Shown piece after piece: positions 26,839 to 38,674 of a DNA stretch of 64,000 nt. The translations under genes were made by a program, and so were the position numbers. This DNA comes from Anolis carolinensis (lineage: Eukaryota): contig NC_085842.1 of assembly GCF_035594765.1 (NCBI RefSeq), forward strand, positions 22,544,782 to 22,608,781, read 5' to 3'. The notes below the pieces were generated by a model that did not search any database, was not told where the DNA came from, and saw only the letters and a list, made by a program, of their open reading frames with translations. Within the stretch, counting starts at the first letter, position 1; each line of letters opens with the position of its first letter.

Positions 26839-27232
26839 TACAGTAGTTGCCATCACCAACCAGCATAACCAGACAAACTGTGAATCCTATCAAGAATTTC
26901 TTGTTACTACCATTATTTCCATGTACAACAATTTTATGGTACATATATTTGCCAATCCTGCATGCTCTGGTGTTCTGTTTGGTGGGCCTGCTTCCAAACA
27001 AAAACTTTGCTAGGTCTTACTTTCAGGGGAGGCCTTATATTTAGCAATTCAGTAAAACCACTACTAGGTCTTATTTTCTGGGGATGTCTTATTTTAGGGG
27101 AAACAGGGTAGGTTGGCAGAAACTGGGGCTTACAACTGGTGCTCACTCCACTCCCTGAATTTGAACCTGTGACTTTTCGGTCTGCAAGTTCAGCAGTGTA
27201 ACGTTTTAACACGCTGTGCCACTGGGGGCTCC
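26254..27232 (-). mobile_element. Sauria SINE interrupted by a Tc/mariner MITE
   Basis: The SINE halves 26254-26452 and 27109-27232 rejoin at a duplicated TA. Confidence 0.8.
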
Positions 27233-28069
27233 CACGCCATAGCATTGGACCAGCTCAATTAAAGTGGGGTCAATCTGCATTCATTCTGCAGTGTAGATGT
27301 ACCCCAGATCTCCTTGTTGTTAAGCGCAAAGGATGAACAATTCAAAGCTTAGCAAGAATGCACATCTGAATCATGTTCTAGGAGGGAAGGGAGAAAGGGC
27401 TATGGGATGTGCTCTGTGGAATAAATAAATAAATCTGCCTTCCCTCTTCCCTCCAACCCCCTTCCCCAAATCTGCTTTGGAAACTTACAGAAACCCAGGC
27501 GAGGCCTCCAGCGTCTCTCCCCAAATGGAAACAAACAAAGCCAGGACCCTCTCTTGTGCATTTGCAAGGCAAGGCCTGTCCTTTGCAAGCTGGGTGCATT
27601 CACTTCTGAGTGTACCCGCTTTTAGGGGCGCAGGGCGTTTGGGAGAGCAAACAAACACAGCCAGGTGGCAAATCTGCAGAGCAGCTGGTCCAGGAGGTGC
27701 CTTCAATACAGAGAAATGGTCCCTCCCTCTTTGCCCTCCTCTTCCTCTCTAGCAACTGAGATCTGTGGATTTAACCCTGAGAGAACTAAATGGATTGCTA
27801 GTAGCTACCCATGGAGATATTTTGCTCCTGTGGTTTGAATTCATTGCTCACAGCAACCCATTGACAATTTTGACCACCCTTCTTTAGACACCTTCCAGCT
27901 TGTCAATATCTTTCTTGAATTGTGGTGCCCAGAGCTGGGACCAGTATTATCCCAGGTGAGGTCTGTCCAAATCAGAATAAAGTGGGACTATGACCTCCCT
28001 AATTTAAAACACTATACTCCTATTGATGCAGTTTAGAATCGAGTCGGCTTTTTGAGCTGCTGTATCACA

Positions 28070-28386
28070 CCCCCAGTGGCACAGTGGGTTAAACCACTGA
28101 GCTGCTGAAATTGCTTAGTGAAAGGTTGGCAGGGAGCTGGGGGAGCTCCCGCTGTTAGCCCCAGGTTCTGCCAACCTAGCAGTCCGAAAACATGCAAATG
28201 TGAGTAGATCAATAGGTACCGCTCCGGCAGGAAGGTAACAGTGTTCCATGAAGTCATGCCGGCCACATGACCTTGGAGGTGTCTACGGACAACGCCGGCT
28301 CTTCGGCTTAGAAATGGAGATGAGCACCAACCCCCAGAATCAGACACGACTAGACTTAATGTCAGGGGAGACTTTAACCTTTACTA
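28070..28386 (+). mobile_element. Sauria SINE (another copy at ~37960-38233)
   Basis: Same body and ACCTTT end as the copies at 13929. Confidence 0.8.
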
Positions 28387-28496
28387 TCACACTGCTGACT
28401 TACGTGCAGTTTCAATATAATAATTTTTATTTATATATATTAACAACTTATAGTGAAACAAAACACAAAAACAATGAACACTTTACAGACATTTTT

Positions 28497-29440
28497 GGGC
28501 CGGGCTGTGGCGCAGCTGGCTAGTAACCAGCTGCAATAAATCACTACTGATCGAGAGGTCATGAGTTCGAAGCCCAGGTCAGGTTAAGCCCCCGACCATT
28601 AAATAGCCCGGCTTGCTGTTGACCTATGCAGCCCCGAAAGACAGTTGTATCTGTCAATTAGGGAAATTTAGGTACGCTTTATGCTGGGAGGCTAATTTAA
28701 CTAATTTACAACATCATAAAACTGCCAGCAAAACACGAGGAATGGAATGAGGAAGTACAGCCACTACTGGACAGTGACGCAACAGCTCCCCCTGTGGCCG
28801 GAATTGTGAAGCTGGAAAAAAAATGTTAAATGCCTCTGTGTCTGTCTATATATGTTGTTTGTTGGCATTGAATGTTTGCCATATATGTGTTCACTAGCTG
28901 TGCCCGGCCACGCGTTGCTGTGGCAAAGTGGTGGTGGTATTGGTTAAAAATTGTTGTGTAATTTTTATTTGACGTTATTTGTATTTTTTTATTAATGTTA
29001 TTGTAAGTTATCTTTTTATTTATTATATTTTATTATTTTCTTGTATTATTTTTAGTTATTTTCTGTTATTATAGTATTTTATTGTATTAATTGTTTAGTG
29101 TTTTTAATTATTTTTTAGTGTTTTATTATTATTTTTTATTGGGTTGCTAGGAGACCAAGTTGGAGGAGCTTAGCCTTCTAACTGGCAGCAATTGGATAAA
29201 AGCAATTATTCCTCTCTCTCTAATTAGGACTTTATTTTTCTTTTCTTTTTGTTGTATCAACCTAGAGCCGTGGATGATGGGTTGTGTTGTCAAATTTCGA
29301 GGTTGGGGGGCCTGTAGTTTTGTTGTTTTGTGGGTCGCCGTGATGCCATCACTCTTTTATATATATAGATTGTAATCCGCCCTGAGTCCCCTTCGGGGTG
29401 AGAAGGGCGGAATATAAATGCTGCAAATAAATAAATAAAT
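28497..29440 (+). mobile_element. tRNA-derived SINE with L2-type 3' tail, interrupted by a Helitron (shorter relative at 53543-53765, minus strand)
   Basis: A box TGGCGCAGCTGG, B box GAGTTCGAAGCCC; tail GTAATCCGCCCTGAGTCCCCTTCGGGG...(AAAT)n. Confidence 0.7.
28894..29369 (-). mobile_element. Non-autonomous Helitron
   Basis: 5' TC, 3' CTAG, subterminal hairpin GCCACAGCAACGCGTGGC; inserted between A and T with no target duplication. Confidence 0.88.
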
Positions 29441-30124
29441 ATAACCCCACCACCAAGGCCTGAACAGGTATCCTTTCCTTTGCCATATAATTCATAAATC
29501 GACCATTAAACAAATGTCATATCCAAAATTCTTGACCAGCAAGATTGTATTGTTTTCCTTTTTCACTTTGTAGAACATATTTAATAAAAACTGACCAGTA
29601 TAAATCAAAATCAGATCTATTAGTTTTATTAGTTTGAGCCATGTTCAGTTTGAGTGGGATCAAACTGAGTTAATTCTACAGTGTACATACACCCAGAGGC
29701 TGCTCTTCCAAGCTGCATTGGCTGGACTAGCCGGGGACGGTGCAACGACTGCTTGGCCTCAGGCAGCAAAATGTCTCGGGACGGCACCTAACTGGAAGGG
29801 GTTAAGAAAGAAAACAAAAAGACAGGTCGCCCAATGCCTAGACCAGCCCGGAAATGAGTGCTGCGGTGTGTTTCCTTTTCCTGCCCTCGCCTTTTGGGTT
29901 GGTTTGCCTGACTGGAATCAGCAGCAGGAGCAAAGAAGGGAGGAAACAACAAAAGCAGAATTTCCCGCCCTTTTGCATGATCCAGTTGGAAGACCTGCAA
30001 AGTGGATCGGAGGAAAGAGGTCAGGAGGGGAGCAAGAGGAAGAAAAGGGGGTGAAGGTGAGGATCTGGTAAAAAGGATGACTCTTTGGGGACAAAGGAAG
30101 GACTGGGATCTTGAGTGTCTAGGC

Positions 30125-30258
30125 CAGGCCTGGGCAAACTTGGGCCCTCCAGGTGTTTTGGACTCCAACTCCCACAATTCCTAACAGCCGGTAGGCTGTT
30201 AGGAATTGTGGGAGTTGGAGTCCAAAACACCTGGAGGGCCCAAGTTTGCCCAGGCCTG
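30125..30258. mobile_element. Palindromic hAT MITE; relatives at 377-510, ~40844-40961 and ~45090-45192
   Basis: CAGGC(A/C)TGGGCAAACTT termini and a fold-back body. Confidence 0.85.
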
Positions 30259-31112
30259 GCCTAGACATTAAGATTCCGGAGAAGGAGAAAGAATGACAAG
30301 GGTGTATCTCCACTACAGAATTAATTCAGTTTGACACCACTTTAACAACCATAGCTGCACGCTATGGAATCATAGAAGTTGAAGTTCTGCCAGGTCTCTA
30401 GTCTTCTCTGCCAAATAATGTTTCTGCCTTGCCAAAGTACAAAGCAATGAGCCACGACAGTTGATGTGGTGTCAAACAGCATTAATTCTGTAATGTAGAT
30501 TTGCCCTCAGATGTAGGGGTTCTGGCCTTGGATTGATTGGGAGGTTGCTACCCTGTTTCCCCTAAAATAAGACATCCCCAAAAAATAAGACCTAGTAGAG
30601 GTTTTGCTGAATTGCTAAATATAAGGCCTCCCCTGAAAGTAAGACCTAGCAAAGTTTTTGTTTGGAAGCATGCCCAGCGCCTGACAAACAGAACACCAGA
30701 GCATGCAGGATTGGTAAATGTGCATACCAGTTGTATATGGAAATAATGGTAGTATCAAGAAATTCTTGACAGAAGTCACAGTTTGTCTGGTTTGGTTATG
30801 TTGGTTTGTGATGACAACTACTGTACAGTATAGAATAAATGTTCATTTTTTGTTCAACAATAAATGTAAATTCTTCTTCATGGAAAAATAAGACATCCCC
30901 TGAAAATAAGACCTAGCGCATCTTTGGGAGTAAAAAATAATATAAGACACTGTCTTATTTTCGGGGAAACACGGTAGCAGAATGGCTCAGGTCTTGCAAG
31001 GGGACACCTTTCAGAAATAACTCAGATGGCACTTTAAAGGCATACAAAGCTTTCAAGGAGTATGTGTTGTTGAAAGCTTTCATGATTTGAATCACAATGA
31101 ATTAATTCTCCA

Positions 31113-31997
31113 GTGTAGAGCTAGCCTAAAGCAGTCCATGAAAGAATAACTCAATCAGAGAAGTCAGCCATAGCAGAGCATTTGATGAATTGACCTGAAC
31201 ACAGCATATTATTTGAGAACAGAGCACTTGATGAACCCACCTAGACATAGCATATTATTTGAGAACACAGAAATGCTGGACCACTCTCACAACCACATCA
31301 GACTACACAGAGAAGCCATTGACATCCACAAGCATGTGAACAATCTCAACACAATCACTGTGAATTTCCGGGCTGTATAGCTGTGATCCAAAAGCATTCT
31401 CTCCTGACCTTTCGCCCACATCTATGGCAGGCATCCTCAGAGGTTGTGAGGTCTGTTGGAAACCAGGCAAGTGGGGTTTATATATCTGTGCAAGGTCCAG
31501 AGTGGGAGAAAGAACTCTTGTCGGTCAGAGGCAAGTGTGAGTATTGCCATTGGCCACCTTGATTAGCATTGAATTGCAGCTTCATAGCCTGCCTGCTTTC
31601 TGCCTTGAGGAATCCTTTGTTGCTAGGTGTTAACGGCTCTGATTGTTTCCTATCTGGAATTCCCTTGTCTTCTGAGTGTTGTTCTTTATTTACTGTCCTG
31701 ATTTTAGAGTTGTTTTCTAATACTGTTCATTTTCATGGTTTCCTCCTTTCTGTTGAGATTGTCCACCTTCTTGTGGATGTTAGTGGCTTTTCTGTGTCGT
31801 CTGACATGGTGGTTGTGAGTGTGGTCCAGCATTTCTGTGTTCTCAAATAATATGCTATGTCTAGGTTGGTTCATCAAGTGCTCTCTATTCTCAAATAATA
31901 TGCTGTGTTCAGGTCAATTCATCAAATGCTCTGCTATGGCTGACTTCTCTGATTGAGTTATTCTTTCATGGATTGCTTTAGGCTAGCTCTACACTGT
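31113..31997. mobile_element. Penelope-like remnant with inverted copies of a GIY-YIG C-terminal coding fragment
   Basis: Inverted arms encode SAIAEHLMN...HSILFENTEMLDHS...REAIDIHKH-like peptides; the central part carries the Penelope terminal repeat. Confidence 0.7.
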
Positions 31998-32099
31998 AAA
32001 ATTAAATCAGTGTGACACTATTTGAATGTCAGCTCAGCCCTCCACATTTGGGGTTAGGAGCCCAAGACCCCCATGAATAACAACAACAACAATTTTTTT

Positions 32100-32363
32100 T
32101 TTCGTGTCAGGAGCAACCACGTTGTTGCTTCTGGAGTGAGAGAATTGGCCGTCTGCAAGGACGTTGCCCAGGGGACGCCCGGATGTTTTGATGTTTTTAC
32201 CATCCTTGTGGGAGGCTTCTCTCATGTCCCCGCATGGAGCTGGAGCTGATAGAGGGAGCTCATCCGCGCTCTCCCTGGGTGGGAATTGAACCTGGCAGCC
32301 TTCAGGTCAGCAACCCAACCTTCAAGTCATGAGGCTTTTATCCCCTAGGCCATCGGAGGCTCC
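32100..32363 (-). mobile_element. tRNA-derived SINE family ending CTCCTGACACGAAAA (possibly Vingi-type tail)
   Basis: Related copies at ~34630-34897, 35322-35460, 42478-42752, 43030-43278 and 53385-53843. The partner LINE assignment is from recall. Confidence 0.6.
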
Positions 32364-32637
32364 AACAACAATAATAATAACAACTTTATTATTGTACCCT
32401 GCCTCCATCTCCCTGAAGGACTCAGGGCAGCTTACATGGGGCCAAGCACAGGTAAATACAGCAAACAAAATAAAACACATCAAAAATACAAACACTAATT
32501 TACAATTTTACACATTGACATAGTAAAATTAAAATGGTGAGCATAGTAAAACATGATTTAGACACCAGAGTAAGGTGTTTTTCCACCTTTCCCTGAAGGT
32601 GGAAAAACTGCAAATAAAGAAATTGAAGGACCTAGAC

Positions 32638-32772
32638 CAGTGGCTCTCAACCTGTGGGTCTCCAGATGTTTTGGCTTTCAGCTCCCAGAAATCCTAACAG
32701 CTGGTAAATTGGCTGGCATTTCTGGGAGTTGTAGGACGAAACACCTGGGGACCCACAGGTTGAGAACCACTG
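32638..32772. mobile_element. Palindromic hAT MITE
   Basis: TIR CAGTGG(C/T)TCTCAACCTGTGGGTC; target duplication ACCTAGAC on both sides. Confidence 0.85.
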
Positions 32773-32884
32773 ACCTAGACAATTCTAAAGGGATGTTCTT
32801 GCTGGAAATCCCTAGGTCATCCAGTGTGACGGGAGCAATTATGTGAGTCCCCTTGGGGAGATAGGGTGGAATACAAATAAAGTT

Positions 32885-32928
<44 letters not shown>

Positions 32929-33393
32929 GAAATATACCATTGAGTCCACAAATGTGGAGCAAAGAGTGTAGTTCTCTCTGGACTCTGAATAAATGTTGCT
33001 TTCCATTCCACAGATGCAGAGGAAATCACAAATTTTCCAGGTTGCATTTTGTCTCATGAAAGTCATCCAGAAACTTGCTCGCAATGCAGCATTTTTCTTG
33101 TTAGATTGGTAGGAGACAGTGCCTCTGAGTGTGGATGCTTTCGTTGCCACTCGGCTGAAGACTTGGGATTCCATTTCCCATCTCATTGTCTTGGAGAGAC
33201 ACTTTGAGGTGTCTGTGAGGTTGACCAAAACTGGTTCCTTAAGGAAGCACTCCCGACCCCGTTCCATTCTGCACGCCTCCACAGTGCTGGTGTGATCACC
33301 TCTTCCCTGGCCATCCAGAAGAAAATCCTCCAACGAGGCTGGATACAACCTCTCCCTGGAGATCAGGTGAAAGCCACTAAGGTGGCATCCAAG

Positions 33394-34218
33394 ATGGCAA
33401 TGGGAAGAGGGGAAACCGCTGCCCTTCAGCCCCGGGGTGCACCAGGGTTGCAGCCGCCTCTGAAAACAGAGGAGCGAGACCCAGCTGGGCATGAACTCCG
33501 GGGCAGAGGGGTGCCTCGTTTGCACCCAGCTGGCTCCATGCGGGAGTTTTTATCCAGGGAATCTCAACGGGTGAAGCAGGAACCAGATGAAGGGCTTCAA
33601 CAGCAGCAGCGGCAACCCCCACCCCTGCCACCATCACAGCAACACAACTGGGAATCTCAAAGACAGGAGTTTTCTAAATCAGTCCAATATCCCCAGTCTG
33701 GATGGAGAAACCCACCAATGTACAAGTCCCTGCCATGGGATACAAATGCCTTTCCGTCTTCCTATGATGCTCCACCCAGTGCAAGCCAGTGGCCTTCTGG
33801 AGGAGGCTGGGTGCCCCAAGACCTCCCGACCCTCAGCCGAGATGCCCAAACCACCTACAGCGGGCAGGAGCAAAGGGAGCGAAGGAATTACGGGACTGCA
33901 AAAGAAGAGGTTCCCAATGAGAATGCAGTCACCTCAGAGATCCGGCGCCAGCGCTTCCGACACCACCGCTACCAGGAGACTGAGGGGCCTCGGGAAGTCT
34001 GCCGGCAGCTCCAAGAACTCTGCCGCCAGTGGCTGCGGCCAGAGCGGCAGAGCAAAGAGCAGATCTTGGAGGTGCTTATTCTGGAGCAGTTCCTGGCCGT
34101 CCTGCCTCTGGAGATTCAGAACTGGGTCAGGGAACACGGGCCGGAGAGCTGTGCCCAAGCGGTAGCCTTGTCGGAAGATTTCCTCATGAGGCAGCGCGAG
34201 GCCCTGAGAAAAGAGCAG
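33394..34218 (+). CDS. Gene C coding exon 1: N-terminal region + SCAN domain (~585 aa over 3 exons)
   Basis: SCAN motif [62 protein letters not shown] start context; donor CAG|GTAGGA after 34218 (phase 0). Confidence 0.9.
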
Positions 34219-34874
34219 GTAGGAAAATACCCTTTTGATCTTTTCTCCAGACTCTGGATTTTTTTTAATGAACCCCTATCAGTTGGCAGGGTGTGTGACT
34301 ACAGTGGACAGATCCTTTTTGCTAGTGGTTTTCTCTTTCAGATATCTTCTTTTGGGGATGGGAATTATACAGAGGTGGGAATCATGCAGCTCATCAAATG
34401 TTGTTCGTCTGTGACACTTAGCATCACTAGTTAATGCAGCTAGTAGTGAGGGATGATATGATTTGTAGTCCAGCAAGATCTTTGGAGAACTGACAGATGT
34501 GTATCTCTCCTTTGAAAAAGATCTTATCATACAGGGCAGGTGGAGTGCAATTACAGCAGGATAACAGGGAATTGTAACACACATTCTTTCCCTGTCTGTT
34601 CTCCTGAAAACTGTTTCTTTTACAAAAGAAGTGGTTTGAGAAACTGCAAATCGCTTCTGGTGTGAGAAAATTGGCCATCTGCAAGGATGTTGTCTAGGGG
34701 ATGCCCAGATGTTTTTGATGTTTTACCATCCTGTGGGAGGCTTCTCTCATGCCCCTGCATGGAGCTGGAACTGATAGAGGGAGCTCATCCATACTCTCCC
34801 CAGATTCAAACGGGCAACCTTCAGGTCAGTAACCTAGCCCTGAAGTCAGCAGTCCTACTGGCACAAGGGTTTTG

Positions 34875-35168
34875 CCCATTGCACTACCAGGGGCTCCACA
34901 AAAAGAATGGCATTACACTATGTAGCACAATTTTTGTTCCTGGGTTATAAATGTCATTTCCTAATTGGTTCGCCCATTGCACTACCAGGGACTCCACAAA
35001 AATAATGGCATTACACTATGTAGCACAATTTTTGTTCCTGGGTTATTAATGTCATTTCCTAATTGGTTCTCCCATTGCGCTACCAGGGGCTCCACAAAAA
35101 GAATGGCATTACACTATGTAGAACAATTTTTGTTCTTGGGTTATTAATGTCATTTCCTAATTGGTTCT
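34875..35168 (+). repeat. Three tandem copies of a 98-bp unit
   Basis: CCCATTGC..TACCAGGG..CACAAAAA..GGCATTACACTATGTAG... begins at 34875, 34973 and 35071. Confidence 0.9.
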
Positions 35169-36334
35169 ATCATAAATACATAGGAAAACTTTGTTTTTGA
35201 GGTCTGCACAAAAAGGTTAAAAATGGCACATTGGAAGGTTAAAAATGGCAGCCACAAAAATGTTTCTGGGGTATAAGTACCACACAATTAAACAGGAAAT
35301 AAGACTTTCAAACCAGGAACAGGAGCCCCCGGTGGCACTTTGGATTAAATCCTTGTGCCTGCAGGACTGCTGATCTAAAGGTTGCTGGTTCGAATCCGGG
35401 GAGAGCATGGATGAGCTGTATACAACACAGTATCTCAAGCCGCTCCTGACACGAAAAAACAAACAAAACAAAACCAGGAACAGAAAATGTTTCAAATTGT
35501 GTTACATAGTGTTCATTGTGTTTGTAAAATAAACATTTCCAGGCTGAGGATGCCTACCATAGATGTGGGCGAAACGTCAGGAGAGAATACTTCTAGAACA
35601 TGGCCATACAGCCATGAAACATACAACAACCCTGTTTCCAGGCTGTTTCCCACTAGTAGAGTGTTGAGAGAGGAGCAATGTCATGTAATGCATACCAACC
35701 AGACTATGTTGTCCTGTTATAATTGCAATTTGTCTACCTTGTGAGACAAAGTGTTGGGTGGAAAGAAAGCAAGTGCCAGGCATGTTTCTCTCTAAGGGCA
35801 TTCAATGGAGAGGATTCTACTATGAAACAGGTCTTGTCTGTTCCCACCATTCATTTAAACAATTGGAAATTGTGTTTCCCACCTTATTATTTTATTAATC
35901 TTGCTGGTGTTTACACTTCTTGTTTCTCTGCTGCTGGAAAAGGGACTAGAGACATGTCCAGCAACCTGGGATTTCTCCTCAAGGAGCCCCATCAGGAGAA
36001 AGGAAATCATGAGAGGGGGTGAGGACTCCACTTACCCAACGCCCCAGCAAAAAGCAGGAATCCCTGATTCTTCTGCGGTTACTATATACCTAGCCAATGT
36101 GAAATGTGCTCCTTTCCTTGGGATGCCTTGATTATATTTCTGTCTTCTGTTATTGCAGTGCTCCAAATGTGGTAATGAAATGAAACTGATGGCACATGCA
36201 ATAACAAAAGCCACATCTCTAACAGGGGGTTTGGGGAAATTGAAAAGATTGTGGGCCACAAGAAAGGAATCGAGGCCCCATATGTCCCAGGACCTAACGT
36301 GGAGTTAGTTCTGTGTACATTTCCGGGCACCATA

Positions 36335-36726
36335 GTTTGGAAATATATTGACAAGCTAGAACGTATCCAGAGGAGAGCAACCAATATAATTAAAGGTTTG
36401 CCCTATGAGGAGTGATTTAGGGAGTTGGATATGCTTAGCTTGGAGAAGAGAAGGTAAAATGGCCATGATAAATATTTGAAGAGATGACACATTGAAGAGG
36501 GAGCCAACTTATTTAAGACTAGGTTGCAGAGCAGTAGATTCAGGCTATAGGACAAGAAATTCCACTTAAATGTTAGGGAGAATTTCCTGAAGGTAAAAGC
36601 TGTTTGACATGGAATATATTGCCTCTGAGGGTAGTGAAGTTTTGTCAGGAGTGCTTGAATTATGTATTTATGACTGTGGACCGAATGGCCTTTGAGGACT
36701 CTTCCAACTCTAGGATTGTATGATTC
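36335..36726 (+). mobile_element. CR1 LINE 3' fragment (others at ~6020-6290, 23710-24040, 27850-28060, 53185-53330, 54160-54430 and 57060-57300)
   Basis: Decayed KLERIQRRAT...GLFSLEKRR-like coding sequence and TTCCAACTCTAGGATT(G/C)TATGATTC tail. Confidence 0.75.
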
Positions 36727-36729
36727 CAG

Positions 36730-36991
36730 GCGCTGTGGACGTTTGATGAGGTAGTGGCGAATGCACCCTTGGTTCAGCAAATGCCGTTTCCAGGTGTGAC
36801 GCAGCAGGTCCATTACCCCACTTTGGGGTTGCCGATGCAGTACCCATCCATGACCCAGCAGACCCTGTATCCTGCTATTGGCCAGCAAGCCCCAAACCCC
36901 ATCATGTCGGAGAGGATGCCATTGCATGCTGGGGGAACACTACTCTGTCGGGAACCTGTGCCGGAGGGTGGAAAGAACCTCAGGCCATATG
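36730..36991 (+). CDS. Gene C exon 2: KRAB-A-like exon expanded by a Q/P-rich insert
   Basis: TTCCAG|GCG acceptor and TATG|GTAAGT donor, phase 0 to 1, open frame. Begins ALWTFDEVVAN and ends LLCREPVPEGGKNLRPYG. Confidence 0.75.
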
Positions 36992-38233
36992 GTAAGTTAT
37001 CTTGCCAGTGCTGACTTTTGAACATTTTGGGGGAAGCTAATAGCAAAACTTGAGAAATTCCTTTTGAAAAAGACTATTAGAATTACAAGTGATAGCCAGC
37101 ATGGTATACTGGTTTGAGGATCAGACCATGACTCTGGAGACCAGGTTTCAAATCATTGTAGAAGGAATGACACCATGTAACCGCAGTGGCTCCATGCTAT
37201 GTAATCCTGGGAGTTGTACTTTTTCAAGTGGTTTCTGCCCAAGTGCTGGTGCCTTGCCAAATGCCATATCCCAGGATTCCATACTATAGTGTAAATGCAC
37301 CCTTTGGTTCTACTTTGGCTGCCATTGCTACATTCCATGGGATCCTGAGGTTTGTACTTGATGAAAATCTGATTTTAGGAAGAAATACTGGAGAATTCCT
37401 AGTATCTGAGCCTAAATTACAAATCCCAGGATTTCATACAATGGAATTATGACTGATGGAGGATAATCATTGTGCTATAGTGTAGAAGGGCTCTAGATGT
37501 TTTGGACAACTGTGCCATATCCCGTTACCGTTGATCAAACTGATTGGAGTTTATCAAAGCTGAAATTGAAAACATTTGAGGTCTCTGTTGGTTTTCAGTG
37601 TCTTTAAGAGTTAGATCTGTCTACATTTGAACATGAAAGAGTCACATTGTATTTACTGGGAGCATAAGGTGCCCTTCTGGAGCCAGCAAGGTGTAGTAGT
37701 TTGAAGGTTGGAGAAAAGGTGCAACCTTTTTATTCATGCTGTCTTTTAAAGAAGGTTTTTAAGATCATGTTAGAGGCTGCTGTAGTTTTATATGTTTTTA
37801 TGGATTCAATCTGAATTGTTTTAATGCTAATGATGTTTAATACTGTTTTAATATTTGTATATCATATATTTTAAAATGTATGCCGATGTTTTTATGTTAA
37901 GTCGCTTTGAGTCTCCTGTGGGAGAGATAAAGTGGGGTATAAATGAATATAGTGGGGAGGTTAAACTGCTGAGCTGCTGAACTTGCTGATCGAAAGGTCC
38001 GTGGTTTGAATCTGGGGAGTGGGGTGAGCTCCCGCTGTAACGCTTAGCTTTTGCCAACCTTGCACTTTGAAAACATGCACATGTGAGTAGATCAATAGGT
38101 ACCACTTCTGTGGGAAGGTAACGGTGCTCCATGCAGTCATGCCGGCCACATGGCCTTGGAGATGTCTACGAACAATGCCGGCTCTTCGGCTTAAAAATGG
38201 AGATGAGTACCAACCCTCAGAGTCGGAAACGAC

Positions 38234-38277
<44 letters not shown>

Positions 38278-38674
38278 TAATAGCCTTCTCTGCCAAAGTG
38301 CCTCACTAAAGTACAACTCTCAGGATTCCATAGCATTGAGTATGGAAATTAAAGTGGTGTCAGATAGTGTAGTGTACAATTGATATGTACCCAATGAGTC
38401 TGGAGACCATGGTATAAATCTCTGCCCAGCCATGAACCCTGCTAGATGACCTCGGGCAAGTCACACTCTGTCAGCCTCAGAGGAAGACAGTGGCAAGCCT
38501 CTTCTGAATAAATCTTGCCTGTGACAGAATTGCCGTGAGTTAGAAACTACTTGAAAATGCCCAGCAACAAGTTGGCCACTCTGTGACTTACACGGTTGTA
38601 AAACTGTGCCACAAACATGAAGCTGAATGCGTGTATCTTTTTCACCCTTCCTTCCCCTAACCCTCTGCACGCAG

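Noticed and set aside
32839-33525. 228-aa minus-strand ORF and many short ORFs with poly-N/I/L runs
   Set aside because: Antisense to gene C or produced by (AAT)n microsatellites and repeats; no recognisable protein.
34875-35168. CRISPR-like array
   Set aside because: Vertebrate DNA, and the units are whole tandem copies with no unique spacers.
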